From Eledone cirrhosa (Eukaryota), in NCBI GenBank assembly GCA_964016885.1, contig OZ024752.1, positions 4,526,001-4,590,000 of the forward strand: a stretch of DNA of 64,000 nt, given 5' to 3'. The notes below the pieces were generated by a model. It was not told where the DNA came from and made no database searches. It worked only from the letters and a program-made list of their open reading frames with translations. The position numbers were made by a program, and so were the translations under genes. Shown here one piece after another: positions 25,565 to 38,618 of this stretch (position 1 is the first letter of the stretch; each line of letters starts with the position of its first letter).

Positions 25565-28500
25565 GATCCCATGTCTTCTTTGTTGTCCTTCTCTGCACCT
25601 CCAGTACTCAACACCATTTTTATACAACTTCTGCTCTCCTTACACATCAAATGCCCGTCTCAGTGTAATTGTCTCTCTTGCTACATTCAATTTCTCTTGT
25701 ACTCATTTCTTTTCTCAGATAACTTGTGCTCTAACATTACACATCTAGAGATGCAGGCTCTAACATTACACATAAGAGAAGCAGGCTCTAACATTACACA
25801 TAGAGATGCATGCTCTAACATTACACATAAGAGAAGCAGGCTCTAACATTACACATCTAGAGATGCATGCTCTAATGTTACACATCTAGAGATGCATGCT
25901 CTAACATTACACATAAGAGAAGCAGGCTCTAACATTACACATCTAGAGATGCATGCTCTAACGTTACACATCTAGAGATGCATGCTCTAACATTACACAT
26001 AAGAGAAGCAGGCTCTAACATTACACATCTAGAGGTGCATGCTCTAACATTACACATAAGAGAAGCAGGCTCTAACATTACACATAAGAGAAGCAGGCTC
26101 TAACATTACACATCTAGAGATGCATGCTCTAACATTACACATAAGAGAAGCAGGCTCTAACATTACACATAAGAGAAGCAGGCTCTAACATTACACATCT
26201 AGAGATGCATGCTCTAACATTACACATCTAGAGAAGCATGCTCTAACATTACACATCTAGAGATGCATGCTCTAACATTACACATCTAGAGAAGCAGGCT
26301 CTAACATTACACATAAGAGAAGCAGGCTCTAACATTACACATCTAGAGATGCATGCTCTAACATTACACATCTAGAGAAGCATGCTCTAACATTACACAT
26401 AAGAGAAGCAGGCTCTAACATTACACATAAGAGAAGCAGGCTCTAACATTACACATAAGAGAAGCAGGCTCTAACATTACACATCTAGAGAAGCAGGCTC
26501 TAACATTACACATCTAGAGAAGCATGCTCTAACATTACACATAAGAGAAGCAGGCTCTAACATTACACATTTAGAGAAGCAGGCTCTAACATTACACATC
26601 TAGAGATGCATGCTCTAACATTACACATAAGAGAAGCAGGCTCTAACATTACACATCTAGAGAAGCAGGCTCTAACATTACACATAAGAGAAGCAGGCTC
26701 TAACATTACACATCTAGAGAAGCAGGCTCTAACATTACACATCTAGAGATGCATGCTCTAACATTACACATAAGAGAAGCAGGCTCTAACATTACACATC
26801 TAGAGAAGCAGGCTCTAACATTACACATAAGAGAAGCAGGCTCTAACATTACACATCTAGAGAAGCAGGCTCTAACATTACACATCTAGAGATGCATGCT
26901 CTAACATTACACATAAGAGAAGCAGGCTCTAACATTACACATCTAGAGATGCATGCTCTAACATTACAAATAAGAGAAGCAGGCTCTAACATTACACATC
27001 TAGAGATGCATGCTCTAACATTACACATAAGAGAAGCAGGCTCTAACATTACACATCTAGAGAAGCAGGCTCTAACATTACACATAAGAGAAGCAGGCTC
27101 TAACATTACACATCTAGAGAAGCAGGCTCTAACATTACACATCTAGAGAAGCAGGCTCTAACATTACACATAAGAGAAGCAGGCTCTAACATTACACATA
27201 AGAGAAGCAGGCTCTAACATTACACATCTAGAGAAGCAGGCTCTAACATTACACATCTAGAGAAGCAGGCTCTAACATTACACATCTAGAGAAGCATGCT
27301 CTAACATTACACATAAGAGAAGCAGGCTCTAACATTACACATCTAGAGAAGCAGGCTCTAACATTACACATCTAGAGAAGCAGGCTCTAACATTACACAT
27401 CTAGAGAAGCAGGCTCTAACATTACACATAAGAGAAGCAGGCTCTAACATTACACATAAGAGAAGCAGGCTCTAACATTACACATCTAGAGAAGCAGGCT
27501 CTAACATTACACATAAGAGAAGCAGGCTCTAACATTACACATCTAGAGAAGCAGGCTCTAACATTACACATCTAGAGAAGCAGGCTCTAACATTACACAT
27601 AAGAGAAGCAGGCTCTAACATTACACATCTAGAGAAGCAGGCTCTAACATTACACATCTAGAGAAGCAGGCTCTAACATTACACATAAGAGAAGCAGGCT
27701 CTAACATTACACATAAGAGAAGCAGGCTCTAACATTACACATAAGAGAAGCAGGCTCTAACATTACACATCTAGAGAAGCAGGCTCTAACATTACACATC
27801 TCGAGAAGCAGGCTCTAACATTACGTACAAGAGAAGCAGGCTCTAACATTACACATAAGAGAAGCAGGCTCTAACATTACACATCTCGAGAAGCAGGCTC
27901 TAACATTACACACAAGAGAAGCAGGCTCTAACATTACACATAAGAGAAGCAGGCTCTAACATTACACATCTAGAGAAGCAGGCTCTAACATTACACACAA
28001 GAGAAGCAGGCTCTAACATTACACATCTAGAGAAGCAGGCTCTAACATTACACATCTAGAGAAGCATGCTCTAACATTACACATCTAGAGAAGCAGGCTC
28101 TAACATTACACATCTAGAGAAGCAGGCTCTAACATTACACATAAGAGAAGCAGGCTCTAACATTACACATCTAGAGAAGCAGGCTCTAACATTACACATC
28201 TAGAGAAGCAGGCTCTAACATTACACACAAGAGAAGCAGGCTCTAACATTACACACAAGAGAAGCAGGCTCTAACATTACACATCTAGAGAAGCAGGCTC
28301 TAACATTACACATAAGAGAAGCAGGATCTAACATTACGCATCTAGAGAAGCAGGCTCTAACATTACACATCTAGAGAAGCAGGCTCTAACATTACACATA
28401 AGAGAAGCAGGCTCTAACATTACACATCTAGAGACACAGGCTCTAACATTACACATAAGAGAAGCAGGCTCTAACATTACACATCTAGAGAAGCAGGCTC

Positions 28501-29940
28501 TAACATTACACATCTAGAGAAGCAGGCTCTAACATTTCACATCTAGAGAAGCAGGCTCTAACATTACACATCTAGAGAAGCAGGCTCTAACATTACACAT
28601 CTAGAGAAGCAGGCTCTAACATTACACATCTAGAGAAGCAGGCTCTAACATTACACATCTAGAGAAGCAGGCTCTAACATTACACATAAGAGAAGCAGGC
28701 TCTAACATTACACATCTAGAGAAGCAGGCTCTAACATTACACATAAGAGAAGCAGGCTCTAACATTACACATAAGAGAAGCAGGCTCTAACATTACACAT
28801 CTAGAGAAGCAGGCTCTAACATTACACATCTAGAGAAGCAGGCTCTAACATTACACATCTAGAGAAGCATGCTCTAACATTACACATAAGAGAAGCAGGC
28901 TCTAACATTACACATAAGAGAAGCAGGCTCTAACATTACACATCTAGAGAAGCAGGCTCTAACATTACACATAAGAGAAGCAGGCTCTAACATTACACAT
29001 AAGAGAAGCAGGGTCTAACATTACACATAAGAGAAGCAGGCTCTAACATTACACATCTAGAGAAGCAGGCTCTAACATTACACATCTAGAGAAGCAGGCT
29101 CTAACATTACACATCTAGAGAAGCATGCTCTAACATTACACATCTAGAGAAGCAGGCTCTAACATTACACATCTAGAGAAGCATGCTCTAACATTACACA
29201 TCTAGAGAAGCAGGCTCTAACATTACGCATCTAGAGAAGCAGGCTCTAACATTACACATCTAGAGAAGCATGCTCTAACATTACACATCTAGAGAAGCAG
29301 GCTCTAACATTACACATCTAGAGAAGCAGGCTCTAACATTACACATAAGAGAAGCAGGCTCTAACATTACACATAAGAGAAGCAGGCTCTAACATTACAC
29401 ATAAGAGAAGCAGGCTCTAACATTACACATAAGAGAAGCAGGCTCTAACATTACACATCTAGAGAAGCAGGCTCTAACATTACACATCTAGAGAAGCAGG
29501 CTCTAACATTACACATAAGAGAAGCAGGCTCTAACATTACACATAAGCGAAGCAGGCTCTAACATTACACATAAGAGAAGCAGGATCTAACATTACACAT
29601 CTAGAGAAGCAGGCTCTAACATTACACATCTAGAGAAGCATGCTCTAACATTACACATAAGAGAAGCAGGCTCTAACATTACACATCTAGAGAAGCAGGC
29701 TCTAACATTACACATAAGAGAAGCAGGCTCTAACATTACACATCTAGAGAAGCATGCTCTAACATTACACATAAGAGAAGCAGGCTCTAACATTACACAT
29801 AAGAGAAGCAGGCTCTAACATTACACATAAGAGAAGCATGCATACCTCATTTCTTTTAAGCTGCCACAAATCTGCTGCACTCAAGGCTCTTATCTTACTG
29901 CCATGCAACATTGCAGTACGAACAACTAAGCACGTGTAAA
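25565..29940 (-). mobile_element. Decayed RTE fragment split by an internal satellite
   Basis: Right flank reads VRTAMLHGSK..LSAADLWQLKRNEVCML; left flank continues MCNVRA...LRKEM...GHLMCKESRSCIK; colinear with ORF 43189..43689. Confidence 0.7.
25728..29840. repeat. 28/29-bp minisatellite, ~140 copies
   Basis: GAGAAGCAGGCTCTAACATTACACAT(AA|CTA), with ATGCATG and AAGCATG variants. Confidence 0.97.
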
Positions 29941-30224
29941 GTGGCCAAATGGCAGTCATTAGAGCATCAGATTGAATGTTTTGTAATTCTGGCTTCTGTG
30001 TTCTGAGTTCAAATCCCATAGGGGTTAATTATATATAGCTATTTCTCTCCCTCTCCCTCCACACACATATTGAGAGAGGGAGGAAGTGTGAGGGTGGGTG
30101 GGTGATATATAAATATATATATTAGTATTACTAGTATTATATGCTAATAATAATGACATTAACAGTGATCTTGACATTGACAGTGATGATGATGGTCATG
30201 TGATGATTCAAAACAAACAACTAA

Positions 30225-30247
30225 AGCAGTGGTGGTAGTGGTAGTGT

Positions 30248-30305
<58 letters not shown>

Positions 30306-30523
30306 GGTGATGGTAGTAGTGGCAGCAGTAGTAGTAGTAGTAGTAGTTGTAGTAGTAGTAGTGTTGGTGGTAGTAGTAGTAGTAGTAATAGTGCTGGTGG
30401 TGGTAGTAATGGCAGTAGTGGCAGTAGTAGTAGTAGTAGTAGTAGCAGTGGTGGTGGTGGTAGTAATGGTAGTAGTGGCAGCAGTATTAGTAATAGTAGT
30501 AGTAGTAGTAGTAGCAGCAGTAT
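30225..30523. repeat. (GTA/GTG)n microsatellite
   Basis: Direct. Confidence 0.9.
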
Positions 30524-30613
30524 GCTGATGAGTGTATCTTGATCTTGAAACCAAATATCTGTAGGGTAGGATATATATCAAGAGAGAGATATTTTTCCCA
30601 GACACTGTTCACT

Positions 30614-30689
<76 letters not shown>

Positions 30690-30962
30690 CCTCTCCTGCT
30701 GCTCTAGTAACTATAGAATATAATGAAGTATTTCATGGATGGATATCAATATATCAATACCAGTACCTGATTAGTTCTATCGTTACTTTGGTATGTATTG
30801 TGTGTTAGTTTCGCCTACCACAATGTTCGATTTGTCAAGCTATTTAAACGTATGTTATTACTCTGAGGTCCTACCTTATCGAGTGCTTTGCTAACTCATC
30901 ATTTCATATAAGTAGGCCGACTTTACTTGCAAACCGCCAGAGATTCGATTTTACTGATTTCC

Positions 30963-31042
<80 letters not shown>

Positions 31043-31218
31043 GTATATATATAAACAATATTAATAAATGGAAAATATCTTAATAATACCACATTTATTT
31101 TATTTTATAAAGACATTTTCCATTTATTAATATTGTTAATATTAAAATTGTAGAGTGCTTCAAATCTGTTATAAAATTAACTCTGTTGAATAATAATACA
31201 CAAACCATATAACTCATT

Positions 31219-31260
<42 letters not shown>

Positions 31261-31306
31261 GTGTGTGTCTCTCTCTCTCTCCCCGCTATCTCTCTCTATA
31301 TATATA

Positions 31307-32191
31307 CAGGGTGCGGACGATATTTGTTCGCAAGATTACTGTCTAGGAAAAAATAACAGTAGTTTTATTTTTTAAGATTTATTTATCAAACTTGGGTCAG
31401 TTTGTCTTCATGACTTGTTCTTTCGATCTCACTCGATAAACTCGCCATTGGCTTTGCTGATGGCCTCAAGGCCTCGGAACCGGCTACAGGCCTTCGTCAC
31501 TGTCCCCCGACTTAGGCCCCTAAAGGCACTTGTGATCCTGGCCTTCCGATCGTCTTATGTATTGTAGCTAGATCTGTTGGTGTCTCGTTCCGCTGTGCCC
31601 CACACATAGAAGTCGAGGGGGTTGCAGTCAGGCGAACTGGGAGGCCAGATGTCAGGTGAAGTGTGGTCGACGAAGTTCTCTGACAGCCAGGCTTGGGTCT
31701 TTCGGCTGGTATGGCAGGGCGCTGAGTCTTGCTGCCACCGTATGGCCTACCTGCAGCTACCTGGTCGATCCAGGGATTTACTACCTCGCTCAGAACGTGG
31801 ATGTAGCCATCGGTGTTCAGCTTGAGGCCCGCAGGGAAGAAGTGAGGTGGCATGACGTCACCTTGACTGCTGACGACACCTAAGACCAATGTTGTCACTG
31901 GAAACTTTGTCTGCATGACTCTGGCCACGTCTTTGTATGAGACAGCGAGCCACCTGTTGTTCTGGGAGTTGATCTTCTGGCCTTATTTGTCCTCCCGGCG
32001 CGGATTTTCAAGAAGACTCCGTGTCTCTTCCACAAATTTGGAGGTTCAAAATTATTCATAATCAATTATTCTGAAAATAAATAATGGAAATATAGTCACT
32101 GTTTTTATGAAGACAAGAGTGACAACGGAAGTAAAAAAATTTGCATAAAATTAGCAGTTGAAAATTGCAAACAAATATCGTCCACACCGTG
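31307..32191 (-). mobile_element. Tc1/mariner superfamily maT (DD37D) transposon, internally deleted
   Basis: TA TSD; ~27-bp TIRs CAGGGTGCGGACGATATTTGTTCGCAA / TTGCAAACAAATATCGTCCACACCGTG. Confidence 0.9.
31440..31985 (-). pseudogene. Frameshifted DD37D transposase catalytic domain
   Basis: LGVVSSQGDVMPPHFF...[frameshift]...QQDSAPCH...WPPSSPDCNPLDFYVWG; 37 residues between the second and third Asp. Confidence 0.85.
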
Positions 32192-32205
32192 TATATATAG
32201 ATATG

Positions 32206-32282
32206 CAGGGTATCCCAAAAATGTATACACACTTTTATTAGAATGTTGTTGAAGTGTGTATACATCTTTTGTGGATATCCTG
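32206..32282. mobile_element. Tiny palindromic Tc1-type MITE
   Basis: CAGGGTATCCCAAAAATGTATACACACTT / AAGTGTGTATACATCTTTTGTGGATATCCTG. Confidence 0.65.
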
Positions 32283-32916
32283 TGTACATATATATAGATA
32301 TATGTTGGGTCACTCTCGAGTGCTACTGGTAACATGTAACCCAGTACAACCTGTCACATGGTCGGGTCGTTGGCGACTAAACAGGCAACCCCACCAAGTT
32401 TACTTAGTGAGGAGGGTGATTTTGGACACCCTGCAGGACAAAAAACAAAACCTGACAAAGGGCGGAAGAACTCATAAGGGTCAACGGCCATCCAAAAGTG
32501 TGTAAATATGTATATACACATGTACATGTGTGAGTATATGTGTATATGCATGGGTGCATGTGTATGTATATGCGCGGGGACATAGAAATAGTCGGGCTGG
32601 ACACCCGATCGCGCGGTTAAACCACTGGGCGTGAAGGACCCCTAGCATTTGTCAGGGCATTCTTCTAGGAGAAGGCAACTCAGGAAACTGGGATAACTCC
32701 GATATAAAACCTGCGGCTCAGTAGTTACCGATGATGTTGATCTTTTCTTCTTTTCGGGTATTAGCTACTGTTGCTCAGAGAGTGGGATTGGCTCAGTGCA
32801 CAGTTTTTCCTCACTTTAAAAAATATCTTCAAGCACAGGCATTGCACGATAGAATTAATTAATTATTATTAATAATGGTATATCGTGCAATGACCGTACT
32901 CGATAACGAGGGGGCA

Positions 32917-32971
<55 letters not shown>

Positions 32972-33003
32972 CTTGCATATTAGACATCCTTTTGTGACAT
33001 ACG

Positions 33004-33038
<35 letters not shown>

Positions 33039-33864
33039 TACATGTGCGCATACACTTTTGTACAATTATGTGTGTATGTTTGTTATATATCTGTAGGATG
33101 TAAAAAGAGAGAGTAAAAAATGGTAGCGAAAGAGAGAAATAGAATGAGATATGTCGCTGGGACCAGACCAGGCTTGGGTTATGATGCAGTCGTGGGAATC
33201 TGTTGTAACATTATGTTAGAAGTATACATATCTATATAAACATAATTTGTTTTCTTGATAATCATTCATATACATGTGGCATAGTGGTAGGGTGTTAACC
33301 TCATGATTATAAGGTCATAGGTTCAATTCCTAGACTGTGCGGTGTGTACTTTTAGTAATACTTGGAGCAGCGTTCACCTGAGGTGGTTTGAGCCAGCCCC
33401 ATCAAAGGAATTCACAGTGTAAGTTCATTTCAATAGAGTTTATTTGGCGATTGGTTTCTTAAGTGGTTCCCAAGTATATGTACTTTAGGATAGTGCAATC
33501 CAAGCATTGCATTGGTTATAGTGCAGAGCTCTCGCTTTCACACCTAACCTAATTTGGTGCTGTGACGGGGACACATGGGAGGGAGTTTAGCCAGCAGAGG
33601 TGATAAACACAATTTATTTCAATTTATTTTGTAGGCCAGCAGAAGCTCACACCACTGCCCAGCTCAGGCATGCCAACCCTCAGCCCCAGTGTATGCCTGA
33701 TGTGATGAGTTCTTGAGCAAGACACTTCATTTCATGTTGCTTTTCATGATAGGATTGAGGTGCCCTATCATTAAAACACCCATTAACCCTCCCGAGATGT
33801 AGTTAGAGGTGAACTGAATGTGCATATATGTGAACTGTTAAATTCCATTTAAGTTTATTTCATA

Positions 33865-34146
33865 GAGTGGAACCTCAGTTCACGAACAGTTTTTCCAAAC
33901 ATAAAATGTCTCAGTTTATGAACAGTGTCTCGAAAATGAACACACAGCTGGTAACAACAAATGGTGACAAGCTGGGAGTATCAGCAGGAAAGTGTCATTT
34001 GCTGTGTTAGTTAGTATGGTGACATCTATCTGTCTTTCACACACAGTCTTTCTCAACATCTTGTATGGGAAAAATAGTTTCAGTTTGCGAACATTTTGGA
34101 TGATGAACAGCCTTCAGGAATGAATTTGTGAACCGAGGTTTCACTA
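33865..34146. mobile_element. pogo/Tigger-type MITE
   Basis: TA-GAGTGGAACCTCAGTTCACGAA ... TTTGTGAACCGAGGTTTCACTA-TA. Confidence 0.65.
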
Positions 34147-35560
34147 TATTTTAATTGAATTTTTTTTTTCTACACTTCACATGCTGAGACATATTCATTT
34201 TAGTTCTCCCTCTCTGTCTTCTAAATTCAAATCCCACAAAGATCAACCTTGCTTTACATTCTATCAAGGGGTGGGGTTACTAGAATAAACTATCCATCCA
34301 GGATGGTGGAAGGCAGAATTGTAAGAGAATTGGACAAGATGCCTTGCAGTATTTGTTCTGACTCGTGTTTTAAGTTCAAACTCCACTGTGAGCTACAACG
34401 GCAGTAGACTTAATCCATGGTTCGGTTTAACACCACCACCTGACTCTTGAGTACCTTTAGCCAGAATATTGTAAATATATGCCACTATAAGCCAGAATAT
34501 TTTAAATATTCAGACAAGGTCTCCAATTGGAGGATTTTGTTTTTTCATATTCCTACCTGTCTCAGAGGCCCCGAAAAGGGTTAAGAATGTCGCCCTTCCT
34601 CTACACAAAACCTTCAAGCACCCATGCATTTGTATTTATATTCTCTCACATATCCATGCACACTCTTACATGCTCACAGAAAAACAAACACTTTAGTTTA
34701 ATCAATTTGTGTGCGCGCGTGTGTGTGTGCATGTGTGTGTGTGTGTGTGTGCCTCTGTGTTTATCATGAATATTTATATAATGAATGAGAGAAAGCTTGT
34801 TGGTGCGAATGTGTAAGTATGCATGTATAGCGACCTTATGCAGGTGATATTTTAATTTCACTGCTGTCACATATGTTATTTTAGCCAGTGAGAGACATGA
34901 AGCCTGTGAGCCATGTTTTATTTAAAGAGAAGACAAGATCTCTTGCTCATTTAGTTGTCAAGATAGCCATGAGTAAGCTGTCTCATTTCACTCTCACTCT
35001 TTCCTTTTCCCTTTCTCTTGTTTAACTAGGAGTTAGCTTTTTATTTTTACCTTGAAAGAATAATTTCTATCAGTTTAAAAGATGTACGCTCTACAGCAAG
35101 CTTTGGTGCTGTCAATTATCTGCTCATAGACATTTTGACTTTATAAACAAGGAAATATGTATAGAAAAATGGTTACACATTATCCAGTAGACTTTGTAAA
35201 ACACGAAAATCTGTGTATATTTTCTATAACACTTTTTTTCTACACATATTATATAATTGAAATATGTGTGTGTGGGAGGTTTTTTTTTTAGCAAATTTTG
35301 GTCAGAAAGCTGGAAAATGTTTAAGACACATTTATTTTATTATTAATATCAGATAGACTGGCAGATATGGTAGAACATAAGATAAACGGTTTTCAGTTTT
35401 TAATTTCATCATTTTACTTTCTAAATCAGAATCCTGTTGATTTTACCTTATTTTCTAATAAAGTTGACAAAATAAAATACCAATACTTGGGCTGAGCTAA
35501 TTGATTGTGCCTTCTGCCAACTTTTGTGGCCTTGTGTTTATTTAAAAACCATTATTTTGT

Positions 35561-35774
35561 TTAACCCTTTAACATTTACATTACTCTATATTTACTATTC
35601 TGTTTTCAAGGTAAAGGCTATATTTTACATAATTATCTCACATAGTACTCAATCTATGAGATTTTGAGAACAGTACCTTAACATAAGTATGAGCAGTTGG
35701 TTATTACTGATTTAAACAGAAAGAATTGGGAGAATGCTGGCCGAATACAGGCAGTTTAAATGCTAAAGGGTTAA
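35561..35774 (+). mobile_element. piggyBac-type MITE
   Basis: TTAA-CCCTTTAACATTTA ... TAAATGCTAAAGGG-TTAA. Confidence 0.8.
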
Positions 35775-36401
35775 TGTCTTTTGACTTGTGAAGTTGTGTC
35801 AAATAAATGTTTTGTCATCTGATTCAGCTATCAGCCAAGTCCATCATGATGTTTGCTCCACTGCTTTGCTTGAACTAGGGAGGGGAAAATGTGTTCCTTC
35901 ATCTAATGACCACAGCAGTCCGCCAACCCTAATGAATATTGTATGGTGTACAAGGTTAAATGGATTAAACATAGACTGTTTCCCATTTAGCCAAGCTCTT
36001 ATCAACTTCACTGGGTTAATAATATAACACAAAGTATCAATGGTGGATATGGTGTTAGCCAGGTTGTCTTGTGGCATTTGTTCCTTTTATTTGCATTTTG
36101 AGTTCAAATCCAGTGGTGGCTCACCTGGATGGTAGACATAATTTGTTACTCAGTTTAACAGCAATACCTGACCCTTAGCAAGGGAGCTTTATCAGGGTCC
36201 ACTGTGTTGTAAATTTTTGGACTAGGTCTCTGGTTTTAGGAAATCTTACCACTATTCTACCAATTTCAGAGCCCCTGAAAAGAGTTACGAGTGGTTCCCT
36301 TTCCCTCCCTAATTAAACAAAAAAATTCCCCCAATAGTTTAGCTTTACCAGGGACAAATATCAGTTAATTGCCCACATAGAATGGATTAACTTAGACAAT
36401 G

Positions 36402-36430
36402 CTAGCTGAGCTACCCGGTGATTCCTGGGT
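36402..36430 (-). mobile_element. Helitron-like 3' terminus
   Basis: Minus strand ACCCAGGAATCACCGGGT hairpin then CAGCTAG, resembling 48008-48035. Confidence 0.4.
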
Positions 36431-36699
36431 ATTTTATTAAAGTTACAATATTTGACCATTGAAATATGATTGCTGAATTTTAAGTAAAGTAGGAATTATA
36501 GCAGAATATTTATTGCTGTTTGTTTAATAGATAAAAATATTATTAGTTTTGTCCAGTGGAGATTTTTTAAATACTGCTCCCTATTACAGTCAGCATATAT
36601 AATGGTTCACACTTGGAAGAACCACTAGGTATGTTGTCAGTGAAAAGGGCATGACCAAAAAAAAATAAATTTAGATTTTATTTATCCTTTTTTTTTTGC

Positions 36700-37655
36700 A
36701 CAATCAGAACCTTTCTTCTCTAAGAACCTCTCTTGTAGTTGTCTCATTAAGAAGAGGGCATTTGTTGTACTTTTCCCAGGCACAAAACCAAACTGCATCT
36801 CATCTAGTGTGCTCCTTTCTCTAATTAGTTGCGCTAATATTCTTTCTGCCACTTTCATAACCTGATCCATCAGTTTTATGTCTCTTTATTTGCTCCTCCA
36901 CAGAGCATCCCCTTTACCTTTGTAGCAATTTATGAGAATACTGCTGCACCAGTCTTTGGGTATGACACCACCATATATAGCTTGATTGACAATGCGTGCA
37001 ACCAGTTTAGTACCTACTTCTCCTGATGCCTTCAGCATCTCAGCAACTATCCCCGACAGTCCAGCAGCCTTACCATTTTTCATTTCCTTAATTGTCTCTT
37101 GGACCCTATATTCGTCAATCTCAATAGCTGGTCCCTCTGTTGGGTCTACTGGGGGTAGTTTCTCTCTCTCTCCCATTCGTTCTCCACATTCATCAGTCTC
37201 TCACAGTGATTTTTCCAGGCCTCCTTTTTCTGAGCATCAGTGACACTAAGTACACCAGCATCATTTCGGACACATTTATCTCCAACAACATCCTGATTTA
37301 CACTGACACACTGCCTTGCAATGCTGAACACCGCACATCTCTGATCTTCCCGTCGCAGGACATTGGCAAAACTGTTACTCTCAGCCTCCCTGCGTGCTAA
37401 GCATACCTGACGTCTAGCTTCTCTCTTAGCAGCTCTGTATCGGTCTCTACTTCCACCATTTTTCCAGTCATTCCATGCTAGTCTTTTGTCTTTAATGTCC
37501 CTATCTACCGTGCTGTTCCATCACCAGGCTACTCTCTGTCTGGTTGGAGCTCTGCTCCAGCCACAAGTTTCTTCAGTAGCCTGCAGTAAGTTGTCACGTA
37601 AGAAATTCCAGTTATCATCTATGTCATATGATTCTAAATCGCCTTCTTCCCCGTC
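36700..37655 (-). pseudogene. RTE LINE reverse transcriptase fragment
   Basis: MKNGKAAGLSGIVAEMLKA, IPKDW, YKGKGDA, MQFGFVPGKSTTNALFLMRQLQE, with frameshifts. Confidence 0.9.
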
Positions 37656-37842
37656 ATACACATATATTCATATATATATACATATATATATATATTTATT
37701 AAAATAACAGATTAAAGTTTAAGCAAAGAATCGCTGCTTTCACCCTTAACGGGATATTCTGAAACTAAAAGAAATCAATCTGTGAACGCAGAAGTAAATA
37801 TTTCAAAAAACGTTGCATTTTAGTCTTCAAATTTATTATTAT

Positions 37843-37914
<72 letters not shown>

Positions 37915-38618
37915 GTGAAGTTTTTTTTTACAAAATGAAAAATAACCGAGGTGTCCTACACGAGTGAAAGTATAAAGAAAAAAAGATGAAATCGAATTGC
38001 ATTTTCGCTTCATCTTTTTTTCTTTATATATATATATATATATATGTGTATATATATATGTGTATATATATATGTATGTATGTATATATGTATGTGTATC
38101 ATCATCATCTTCGTTTAACATACATTTTCCACGCTAGCATGTATGTATATATGTATATGTATGTGTATGTGTATATGTATATATATGTATATGTATATAT
38201 ATATATGTATGTATGTATATGTATATATATGTATATGTATATGTATGTATGTATGTATATGTATATATAGATATATATATGTGTATATGTATATTTGTAT
38301 ATATGTATATGTATGTATATGTATATATAGATATATATATATATGTGTATATGTATATCTGTATATATGTATATGTATGTATATGTATATATGATGCGTT
38401 AGTGATGGTGTTGATGATAATAATGGTGGTGTTGATGATAATGATAATAGTGATGATGATGATGAGCATGTCTGTCCATGGTAATGCCACCAGGGGGAGC
38501 TATGATTCACCATCGGCTGCTGTGTTACATCTGTAGACAATTCCACTGTTATCCATCTAGTGGTATCCCTAATGGGACATGCCCCATACAGCTGTATCCT
38601 TTTACCATTGAGACTTCT

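Noticed and set aside
30525-30560. CTGATGAG...GAAAC hammerhead-like core
   Set aside because: No convincing stems I, II or III
30805-30920. Minus-strand ATGATGAG...TAGGCGAAAC degenerate hammerhead
   Set aside because: Core C missing and stem pairing poor; at most a decayed relic
32305-32922. GC-richer repeat with an RTE-like 3' end; considered as an HDV-like or twister ribozyme
   Set aside because: Could not fit the pseudoknot topology by eye; left unclassified
33635-33700. Acceptor-like tttattttgtag followed by a short open frame
   Set aside because: No good donor, no recognisable peptide, embedded in SINE remnants
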